From assembly GCF_040938485.1 (NCBI RefSeq), contig NW_027272012.1:124001-188000 (forward strand): 64,000 nucleotides of DNA, given 5' to 3'. Source of the DNA: Diadema antillarum. Lineage: Eukaryota. The stretch's first letter is position 1. Each line of letters starts with the position of its first letter. Position numbers and translations under genes: made by a program. Below, one piece after another: positions 25,368 through 36,883 of the stretch. The notes below the pieces were generated by a model, which worked only from the letters and a program-made list of their open reading frames with translations, searched no databases and had not been told where the DNA came from.

Positions 25368-28300
25368 CACGGTGGGCCAGGGCATACCAATGTGCACCAA
25401 AGGTCATTCTGGGCAATTTTTATCTTTTGATTTTTGACACACCCTGTTGAAAGGTAATACTTTGAAGAATATTTCAGTAAAATCTTAAACTCATGTACGC
25501 AGATTAAAGGGGTATATCACCATCCCAACAAGTAGCAAAAAACAACATATTACGAGTTTCAGTACAAATTGTCACCACTTCAGTGAAAAAGTAATTTTGA
25601 AATGCAGTTCTTAAGATATCAATCTATGATTGCACCCACATATTTCTGAGAGTTTGTTATACTATATCAATGGTGTAAAGATACAAAGGAAAGCAATCTT
25701 TGTGAATTATCTGCAATCTTTGTATCTTTGTAATTATCCTGGAAAATAAACTTATTTTTTGTGTTTTTTGTATATCTATGTGAAATGTTTTGATTTCCAT
25801 GGATTTCCAACTAAATTCTGTTACCACTACATTGCCTGATGTGTCTGCTTTAAGTCGATACCAGATTTAGCTGCCACCTTCTGCCACTTTTTGTGTAAGA
25901 GCCGATTTTCTGTGACACATCACTCATAAAATATGTCTATTTTGGACCACGCAGGCACGGGGGGGGGAATATATCTGTCATCATACACCGCCGCATGGGG
26001 TGCGCATGACTTTTCACCCCTCCTTCACGTCAAGGACCAATAAGCACGTTATTAACACCCACATCATGGCCTAAACACCAAAAAGTAAACAAGATGATAA
26101 TTTATTGGGCTAGTTTTGATTTCTAAAAGTCCCCTCTTCCAAAGATGAAAGTATACTGTACATAGCTATGGGGGTATAGTCTCGCCTTGTACCTCCTAGG
26201 CATCACTACAAGTCATACTTTCCTAGCTCTGCGATACACATGGATATCAAAGAACTTCAACGATCTGTGTACCCATCGATACCTAAGAACTTTGATCCTG
26301 CTTTTCACAAAAGGTGAATAATGATTCACATGGTATGGATTTAATAAATCTTTGTGTATATTAATGATGCAGACTTTCGGACATCAGAAACTCTTTCTTA
26401 TTTGCTTAATCATTTCTCTCTCCGTATAAGGGGAACTTTCTAAGCTGTTTTAATTCCAGTATAGTATTTAAGAGACTAGTTTTTAGAGTGTTGAGCTTGT
26501 ATAAATGATCGATGTGGCTTATAGCGTAATCAGGTAGAGACCGATAAAATGATATCAAAGATTGGTTTTATATCACACATTATACTGTTAGAAAAGAGTG
26601 AAGATATTCACCTATCAGTGTAGCCTCTACATCATAAAATTATTTTCTCACTCATTCACAGTCCTGGACAACAATTGTTTGCTTGACTAGTGTGGATCTA
26701 TTAGCATGGAATTGATTCCTTCAATGAAACGCCAACTTTATGAAATCGCCCTTGTTGAACGATGTTTAAATGACACAGCAGTGTGCTTTGAAAAGTTGAG
26801 TGATTTTGTGAGTCAGCATAATGGATTATCAGGAAATGAGATGCATATCCAAACATCAAAATCAATCAGACAATTCGTGTACAAGTGCAGATGGAGGTGG
26901 AAGAATAGCAATCGTACCTTGGACAAGTTTCCACGTAACTACAGTGACTGGCTCAATGGTAATATGTTCACAGAGGAGGTCAGTAAGTTGCTAAGGCTGG
27001 ACGTACCTGGAACGTCTCATCAACAGCCCACTGTGGGCTGTTCATCTAAAAAATGGCAACATCTGTCCAAAAAATCCAAGTAAAGAATGGCGCAAGATCT
27101 ACTGAGTCACACAGAGCCACCGGAACTGCTTTTTGCAGCATAGCAGGGAACATACAAGAAAAACAGTGACTTAAAGTATGTCCTGAACTTAACTCTGATA
27201 TCCCCATCAAGACCTACCAAAGTGAGAAAACTCATATCACAACCAGTTAAAACAAGAACCGTACACACCTGACGAAGCATTGTCACTACTTCTAGAAACG
27301 GACGTGACAAAGCAGTCATAGCAAATGATAAGAACAGCTGCAAAATGTAAGCATGCAGACATCTATCCATCCTACAACGCAGAAAAAGAAGCCGAAAAGA
27401 AATGCTACCCTGAAACTATATCGACTAAGGAGGATTCTGCCAAAGTCCCTCCCCAGAATCTCCTCGATTACACGGCACTCGGGATCATCCAGGAACAGAA
27501 GGAAGCAATCACTGAAGTTGTCGAGAATCTTGAGGATGATGAACAGCTCCCATGTAAGCTTGTTTGTAAGTGGGGATTCGATGGCTCTTCTGGTCAGAAT
27601 GAATACAAGCAGAGGTTCACCTCCACAGATCAATCCGAAGAGAGTTTATTTTGCACTACAATGTTCTCATTGCAGCTGCTTTCAAATGGTCGTGTATTAT
27701 GGGAGAACCCAGTACCCTCTTCAACGATATTTTGCCGCCCGATTCATTCGCAGCTCAGCAAAGAAACAACTGATTTATCTCAAGAGGAAACACGTCAATC
27801 AGTGAAACTTGCAACTTGATGGATGTTACTTTGGATATCAACTACGAAGTGGAAGTGGACCTCAACAGAAAGGCTGACCTTCAAGTAAGGTATGATCTAT
27901 ATCTCACAATGGTTGACCAAAAGGTAATAAACGTACTGACGAAGACGAAATCATCTGTGCGATGCTGCATTTGCGGGGCAACGTCAAAGCAATTCAATAC
28001 ATTTCTTTCAACATCAATACTCCCCGTTGGCATGATGAGTGAGAAGGCACAAAGACAAGCTATTCCGTCGAAGGCATGCACGAAAAACAACCCAGACTGA
28101 CAACATGAGCGATGTTTTCCATAGGCTCATCCTGGTAACAAGCGATATTGTCTTCAGCAGTAGGTCGATTAGTGCACCAGAGTCACGAACATTACCTCGT
28201 GAGGTTCAGGTGATGATCAAAGCGTCTTGTCATTTTCCTGACTGTGAGAGCTCTGACAGTGATTCCGAGTAACACCGTAAGTGAACAGAAAATTTTGTTT

Positions 28301-28521
28301 GATTTTGCTCACCTTATACCTATAGCTGATCGAAGAATGTTTTTTTTTCTTCAAATGATAGAATTTATTAATTTCTCGAAGCAACATAATTAAACAGAGG
28401 ATGAATGAAATACGTATTTATTGAAACCATTAAAATTATAAAGCCATTTCTTTGGTACTAAGGTGTTTTTTTTTTTCATTTTTTTTTCAAGCTATTTGGT
28501 CGCAAAGGATATACCCTGCCC
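25368..28521 (+). mobile_element. Decayed Transib DNA transposon
   Basis: The left end CACGGTGGGCCAGGGCATACCAATGTGCACCAAA starts with an RSS-heptamer-like CACGGTG. A partial inverted match TTTGGTCGCAAAGGATATACCCTGCCC lies at 28495-28521, but the terminal CACCGTG is missing and no TSD is readable. It encloses the transposase relic. Confidence 0.7.
26706..28272 (+). pseudogene. Transib transposase pseudogene (RAG1-core homologous DDE family), with stops, frameshifts and an internal deletion
   Basis: Motifs across frames: KKWQHLSKKSK*R, PYTPDEALSLLL...S*QMIR...ADIYPSY, KWGFDGSSGQNEYKQ (first catalytic D), LWENPVPSSTIFCRPI..KET, LTMVDQKV (second D), RCCICGATSKQFN, LPVGMMSEKAQ, KLFRRRHARK...DVFHRL...SD. 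Confidence 0.92.
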
Positions 28522-31500
28522 GAAAGCTTGTATACATTTACATTACACAATAAAAACAGACTGCATACAGTGTACATTTGAATAAATCCGCTTGTTTACT
28601 TCATGCATACTCGTATACTACTTCAACAGCGGTTGCCACCGGCAACCCGAAGAACCCCTTTCGAGCAAGGATGAAGTCGCGCTTGGCAGTGCGACAGCCC
28701 GCCCAGGCCCACCCGACATAGCAACAGCGCGTGCATGCAAATTGTATAAAGTACAACAGTATCTTACCAATGTACAGGTTAATGAAACACAATTAATTAA
28801 ACAAAAATGTTTAATCGAAGAATGTCGAAGTAAGACGCATCGAAATTGGGGTTTTATTTTCCCCTTCCAATACGCTTCAGCGTAGTTTTTCTTTTCCTTT
28901 TCTCTGGGAAGGGGATGGTCCTTATAGAAACTTTTTTTTTTATAAGTTGGCAGTGTAATCATAATACATGTATGTTAGTGAATATGAGAAGCGTAAGTCA
29001 GGCTCTTTTCACATCAACCCTTGAAAAAAAATAGCAAAATTTGATATGAAAACAAACTTGCAGATGATTTGCTAAAGGGCAAACATTGCTAGTTGCCGTA
29101 ATACAATGCAGTAAGATGCTAAATGAGACCTGCACCTCAAGTTGGCTCTGCAGTATGGAATTATGATTTTTATTGTTTGTTTGTTTGTTTGTTTTAATCT
29201 CAAAGATAGATATGCACACACATTTTTTTTTTAAATCCAGACTCTCTTTTTGTTTTAACTGTTGTGACCATAAAATTCTGTGCACACGCACACACACTTA
29301 AAACATACAGAGAGATGTAATGAAAGCAAGTTAAGTACAACGCGGTTCTCAAGATACAAAGAATTTAATATTCACATTTGTTCTCTTAATGGCTTTACAT
29401 TGTTACGTAGTAAAAGGCACAAATTTACTCCATTTTCACTACACCCAGTTAAGATGGATGCAGTGCTTTAAGAAAATACAATGTACTTTGTTAATGTTAC
29501 AACAGACTTGCACCTTCTATTGTGGAAGATGTTTGTCTCAGCCAGATAACAATAACAATAAGCTCATCTTCATAAAATTCAATTCTATACCGAGATGCCA
29601 TCATTCAGTATTCTTCAATGAATATCACTCATCATAATATCCTAAATTGAATGGAAAAAAATACATGTACCTACTTGTAATCGTAAAAAGGAATTCGAAA
29701 GGGAATCAAGAAAAACATGTTGCTAATAGGCATGTTCTTATGAATTGAAGCAAGGTTACCACAGCGAAAGAGGACTTCTTTTTACTTCAAGTAACAACGG
29801 AAAACATTGAAAGGGTTACTTTCTCATGTTATAAACCATCAAGATGCGTAATTGCCAGTCCCCTCTTTATACATGCACTTCTAGGCTGATATGCATTCCA
29901 TCTTAAGTCCAGTGTCCTGCCATGTTAACCCATAAAGGCAGAAAACTATACGATACAATTCTGGGGTTTTCAACTTTGTCTTTTTATTGTAAGCCCTACT
30001 GTTTGCAGTTCATTATAAGTTCTTCGTGAAAAAGAGTAAAATCCTCTTTCATTACGGCCCTTTGTTGTTAGCTCCTATAAGATTTTGGCACCAGTATTTT
30101 CAACCTCTAAATTAATTGCTATTTTTCATTGATCCTTAAATTGTCAACACATTTCTGGAGAAGAAAAAAAGAAGAAGAATACAGTTTTCTTTCAAAGTGG
30201 CAGATTTGTGTACTCGGCTATCCAATTTTGAGCAGTTATGACATAACCTTTTCACGTAATTTTCTACCATTATGTCTTAAAGACATAGGGCCTACAATGA
30301 AATTCTTAGGTGACTATTCAGTACAGTACAAGATTCACAACAAGATTTTTACCTCCTGCAACTAAAATTTCCCAAGACGTTATGGCTTACTGGAGCAGTG
30401 CACGTTGTTTCCAGACATGAATATTGTCATTACTAGGGTGTTCGTGGCGGACAAAATGAAGAAAGTATTATGTATCGCCCCTGTCAGACTATGTATCTTT
30501 GTACAATATAGGCAGTATAATCACCGTTGTGCATGTACATTTCATTCCGCGAGTTGTCTTTTTGTCTGATTCGTTGTAATTAGAATGACATTGCATAATT
30601 ACTTTGAATGTGGTACAATGACAATATGATCATAACAGTTATACAAAGTCTCTTTCTCTATGTACAAATCAAATAATTACTGGAAGATACCAAAAGCTGA
30701 AAATCATTTTGATACCAAATTATAGTAATGTAATTACAAAATTCCGTAGTGTAGGAATAAGGCAAGTGAACACGTTTCCATTCTCATATATAGGCCCACT
30801 GCAATTAGTATATATAGGCCCTTTTATATACATGTATACTGTATATGAAGAGTTTGTTTGCAAAAACCGATAAGTCCATATTTGCCAAATGGAGATATTT
30901 GCGATTAAAGGTCAAGAAAAATAGAGAGAATAATAAGAAAATTTTTGCTTCTTTTGACCATACCTTCAAAAATGTACATTTATTTGTAGTGACCAATATA
31001 TCATTTAAAAGGTATTATTTTGTACTTTATGACAGAGACCGTAGTTCAAAATCTTCAAAAATGGACTTATTGGTTTTTGCGACCAAACTCTTCGTATATT
31101 ACACGTGTGTGTGTGAGTGTGTGCGTGCGTGCATGTTGTATGTTGTCAAATCAGCCGACTGAGACAAGGAAGATATGAACATGCATTTTGTTCTTAAAGA
31201 CATTCAAATCATCAGTACACTTGACATATAGGCCTACACCTCTGATGACTTTCAGTATTTCATTGTACAATGTATTAAACAACATCGTGAATAAGAATCC
31301 CTCTCAGCATCAGATCTGATTTTCCAAGAGATTGTGATACAATGTGTCTTGCTCAGGAATGTACATGAATATTATTTCTGAAGGTAACATGAATATTATT
31401 TCTGAAGGTAACGCGTAACAGATATAGTACAAAATGAAGAAACTCGCATCGATCATTCACATCTCCAGATAGTAAAAACAAACCTTCTTGAAATATACGC

Positions 31501-32682
31501 CGACTTCTTAAAACCTATACTGTAACGGTATATATCCTTGCTTGTTATGGAGGTGAATGCCACTCCCCCACCCCCTGAAACTATACATAGGCATCCTTGA
31601 AACGAGTAAATGAAATAAGCATTTTTACCAGCATTCTGAATGCTTTACAGTGGTAGCCACTTACATGTATTTTGTATAAGCACTGTTGTTTTCAGAAGGT
31701 AGTTTGCTCAACTGTTTCAATAAATAGCAGATCTGTACTACAGTCTCAGTCTTCTGTGGGTTTTATCTTACTCTAAATCCATTTATTTTACTTTCTAGAT
31801 TACCCTAAAGAACACAAATTCAAAACCTGTATACGTAATCGGATGTAAGACCTTGTGTCTAAATGTGGGTCACTTTGTTATAGTAATCAAATTTGGCTTC
31901 TGCAACCTAGAAGATAGATATTCGGTGTGTCATATACTTTAGTTTCACAGGTATTCCACTTAAGAATACAATGTATTACAATTACTACAATTAAGACGCG
32001 CAGAATGCTGCACAATGAGAAGGTGAAAGCACCATTTTTTCAACGAGAGGGAATTGATTGATCTCAGTGTTTGGAGAGCGGCAATACGAATGTACTGCTG
32101 AGGGCACATTCTTTGCACTGGTATGCGTTCAGTGATCTATAATGACTATACAATTCATGTATTAATGGTATGAAAAGCCCTTGACGGTTCGCATTTGCAC
32201 TTTGTGTTCAACTTTGACCTTTGGATTTTTGCGTTCCTGTGACGGAATGTTGTCAGTTCTCCTCGGAAGAAATTCGAGCTCTCTTTTGTTTTTTCTTTGG
32301 GAATAGCAGACGATTACATCAACACGTCGATCTTTATGTCACTGTAGGCGGGAAAGACACTGGTGATTTATTCGGGAGATTTAAACGGCTGAGTGTATCT
32401 GCATCATGCCACAACTTCAGTCAGCGCTGATGGCACGGTTTTCCTCGCAAACTTGATCTGGTGTACAGCCACATAACTAAAGGCTACGCACAGCGCCACG
32501 ATGGAATCAGCGAAAATGTACTCGGAATCATTCGTGTAGATTTTCATGCGCTCTATGTCCTTGCTGGCTTAAATAGCTCACTGATGACATCACACAACTA
32601 TCAAGTTGCAAGATATTTCCCGCCAGCCTTTCTCCTAAATCATTCATTCTGCTTTATGCCAGGAGGGTGAACAGATGTTCTC

Positions 32683-35600
32683 TCAAAGATATGTCTGTGG
32701 AAGGGACTCGAACTGTCGAAAGAAAAGTGAGAAGTTACACCAAAATTAGATAGTAATAATGGCAATAATTGTTGTATAGAACGTTATGATAATATGCTAT
32801 GATGCGATACATACCTTCTCATAATGTGAACGAGTTTCGTAATTGTAAAATAATGGAGTCACAGAGAACATGATGTCGCGTCGTTTTACTGGACAAGAAT
32901 ATTAGAGAATCGCGACTGAGACAACTTTACTAACTTACTAATAAGAAGTTTACATGCTGGCACTGTTCTCCTTTCCGTTGAAGAAAATAACTATGCATTC
33001 ACATAATAACGTTATAGAGCCATCAAAAAGTAATATACAATAACGTGTATAATCAATGATCAGTCACAAAATGACTTAGAGAGTACCAGCATTTTACTGA
33101 CAAATAAACGTCATATCTATATCCATACTGAAATGAAAATGTCTCAATTTGCTGGTAAGAAAGAAAAAGATGATACCAAAGAAGAAAACCACTGTGTGAT
33201 AGGTAAAAATATAATTTGCGAATGTGTGACGAAAACTCACGAATTCTTGCGACGAAGGTTCCGCAGTCTCTCGTCTGCGACTTTCATGTAGTGGTAAAGT
33301 GGGTGCTTGTGGCAGATACATCGATGAGTGGTCCACTCTAGCGCGCACTGGTGTAATCTTTAAGACAGAGATTTTAAAGTACATTTCATCAGATAATTTC
33401 TTTTGCATGGGAGAATGAACCCTTTCGTGCATGGTTATTTCAAACTTTTAATTGATGACCTCTTAAAGCATGCACCGAAGACTTACATCACCTAACAGAT
33501 GTCTCTAAAAATTGATGAAGTTACCAAGTTTGCAGATACGATTGGTATGTTGCTATATTCTTCCCCTCTTTTGGGGAGGGGGGGGGGGGGGCGGGTGGCT
33601 GCAATCCATCAAATACTTGACTATACAGTATGCCGCCCCAAAAATTACAATCGGATTTTCGCATTGATAACTCCCAATATGATTTAACTGTCTAAATGCT
33701 ACTTCAGGGTCTTGAAATATAACATCTTAGCTCTATTTTGCAAAAAAAAAAAAAAAAAACACACACACAAAAAAAAAACAAAAAACAAACCAACGTTCAA
33801 TTTGGTGAAGCGGTCACAGGTAAATATAGACTAAATTGCAAAGCATGTCATTTATTATAAGTCTGATTTTTTTTTCCAAGTTCAGCACTTGGATGCTCCT
33901 GGAACTGCATATGTATGAATGTGTGAACACAATGGACAGAACTTATATAGGGCAGAGATTCCTGACATGCTCTACAAAATTCCTCGTTTCTCTTTGACCA
34001 CTGAAGCAAATCGAATGGGGTTTCCTGTGAGATGTGTTGGCAATGAGTTGTAGTTTCATACCCTGGAATCGTATTTACAAGTAGATTGATTCACTATCTT
34101 TAAAGTTATTTTTGCAAAGGGTCCCGTTGTATTCTATTTTTCTTGGGGACATACGGTACAATGCATTTTATTTGACTTGCCAGCCCCCCCCCCCCCCCCC
34201 CCAATAAAATCATTCGCATTTGCAACGTCACAACACTAACAACGCGCATAGGACTTCTCACCACGATCTCAGAGGCGCTAACGGATCGTCTGCACTTACG
34301 TGGAAAGGTGCGGAATGCTTCAGGCTGTCAGTTACGCGCTTCATGCGCGCCTCAATTTCGGCGTCAATGTCGTCGGTGACGAACACCTGCTCCGCCTCGT
34401 ACGGCCAGTTTCCCGTGTCTATCATCGGAGTGTCCGCATTAAAGTCTGAAACTTCGAACATTCCTCTTTCATTCGCTGCGTTATCGAACATGTCCTCTGA
34501 CATTTTCAAGAAAACAAAGACATAAACAAACAATCATAAATCTTGAGGGATACTGCAACATTACAACACAGACAAAGATGCTTAAACTGTAGACGGTAAG
34601 AAGCATAGAGCAATGTTGAATCGTTTTTGTTAGTGCATGTGGTTAGATTATATCGTCATCTAAATCACGCACTCTAAACCGGGTCATCCCACGAGCCCGA
34701 CACCCACGAGTCATAATATGGTCCATGAGCTTGACAATGAAAAAAGTGCCATGGGTCATACAGCCCACGAGTCATACATCCCATGAGCTCGAAACTAGGC
34801 GAGCAAGGCCCACGAGTCTGTCACTAGGCAAAAAAAGGTCCATGACCCCCGACATCGACTTGGCAAACAAGGCCCACGAGACAGACACTGCGTAGACTAA
34901 GCCCTAAGATGTCATGAGTATCAGGCCCATGGTCCTTGTTTGCCTAGTGTTGGACTTATGGGCATTTGTTTTTACCTAGTGTCGGACTTGCGGGCCTTCG
35001 TTTCCTACTGTCTGATCCATTGGTCGTATTTGCCAAATGTCAAGCTCGTGGGCTGTATGACTCATGGGCTGTGTGACTCGTGGACTGTATGACTCGTAGC
35101 GTTGTCGGACTCGTGACGTGCACGCCTCACAACACGCTTCAGGACATCACGGATATTTATAGTTTATGGGGTAGAAAGAGAGAGAGATAGGCAAAACGAT
35201 GTTTATTGTACCTCCAAATCTGGGAGGGATCCCTTCCTCCATGAAACCAACGGTGTCATTGGGGTCCTTCTTCCGGTAAGCATACCCAGTCAGAGAGAAG
35301 CTAGCCTCTGATGCAGGCATGTCGAAGTCGTCTTCCCAGCAACCCATCTGCCTTCTGACGCAGGCGGCGATCACGAATACGACAAGGACACAGAAGAAGA
35401 AGCCAACGATGGAGAAGACGATCACGAGGATTTCCCATGATTCTACAGGTGATGAGCAAGACATTCAGTTGGAGGAACGACCACGAAGCAGTAATCTTAA
35501 ATCTAAGAGTCACGTGTGTGTGTGTGTGTGTGTGTCTATATACGTTCTCTTTAAAAGAATTTATACCACCCAGAGACAGCTGCGTCGTATTCGAGTAGTT

Positions 35601-36835
35601 TGTACAAAGTTCTGTATATAACAGACGAAATTCGAAAGTACAAAGTTCGTTATAGAGTGCAATGGCATTCCACGACCGTCAAGTTAATTCAGTGAAATCA
35701 TACGAACAGAACAGTATGTAGGCCCTGATAAGGTGTTATCAAAATGGAAAACAATTATACGCACGTAGATGTTTCAAAGAACGTATCGTGTTTTTTAAAG
35801 TCAAATCTTGATTGCGACTTACAGTAGATGTGGTAATGTCGATACTTCATAGTTCTCCAACTGGTTTGAAATTTACTATTTTGTAATTGGCTTCGTTTTT
35901 GTATTTAATTGAACATGATAAGCATGACTTGGTCGAAGATGAATATTACCGTTACTGTACACAATTACAGTATGCCAGAGTCGATGTGAAGAATGAAGTT
36001 ATGCTTGTTTCTTGAATTTCATAAATGCATGCATGAAGATCTATGTGCAGGCCAATGGGACACCTTTACCATGCTTATAACAACCCTGTATCTTTCAGTC
36101 TCCTCGTATGATTTATAATGATGATATCAATAATGATAATCGTCGTATATACCCATGATATCTCATCTGCAGTGATATCTCTGCTCTTCCAGAGGGCCTG
36201 TCATTTATAACCATATTCATTCCTCATTTAACGAGACATTTTGAGTAAAATCATTTTGTCCAAGTATTTAAGTACTAACAGGTGGCAGAACTTGAGCCCG
36301 AGACACCACTTCATGTCAAGAGTCCTATCCACTATACCACAGTGTCCACACTGACTTTACTGTGTCTTTTAAAGCCAATTACGTGAAGATGTTGAAGATG
36401 TAATTCCAGTTTTGCAAATGCAACCTGACGCTATAAAGCGTAATAAGCTGGGAGAAGAAATGAAAGAAGAAGAAGTGATTTTCACAGAAAGTCACGCGAA
36501 CATGCTGAAACCGTATCCAAACACCTACCTAGTCCTGTGAATGAGGCGACAGTTGTTGTGGCGACAGTTGTTGTGGTGGCAGTCGTCGGGGCTGGAAACG
36601 CTAATAGTCACATCGAGAGGTGAGAATTGATTAGCCAAAGAGAAACAACAAACTCATATAAATATAAGGATTAAAATGGTGTATATAGACAACAACATTG
36701 TATTGTCAAAACTGACAGAGGAAAAAGTAAAATCCATGGTATAAATTTTGCAATATCGTCTGGCACAGAATCGATAATAAGGTGCGTGAGTGCTGGAAAC
36801 CTGAAATAATGACGTGAGGTGATACTATCATGCGC

Positions 36836-36883
<48 letters not shown>

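Noticed and set aside
25504-25853. Possible additional TTAA-flanked insertion inside the Transib
   Set aside because: End similarity is too weak (AGGGGTATATCACC vs AGCAGACACATCAGG) to support a call.
25380-28520. ProtoRAG (RAG1L plus RAG2L) element
   Set aside because: No kelch/PHD-like frame was seen, and only about 220 bp separate the transposase end from the right TIR remnant.
32400-32560. 47-aa minus-strand ORF MKIYTNDSEYIFADSIVALCVAFSYV... after a TATTTAA
   Set aside because: It lies downstream of the mucin stop in the probable 3' UTR, with no homology or splice support.
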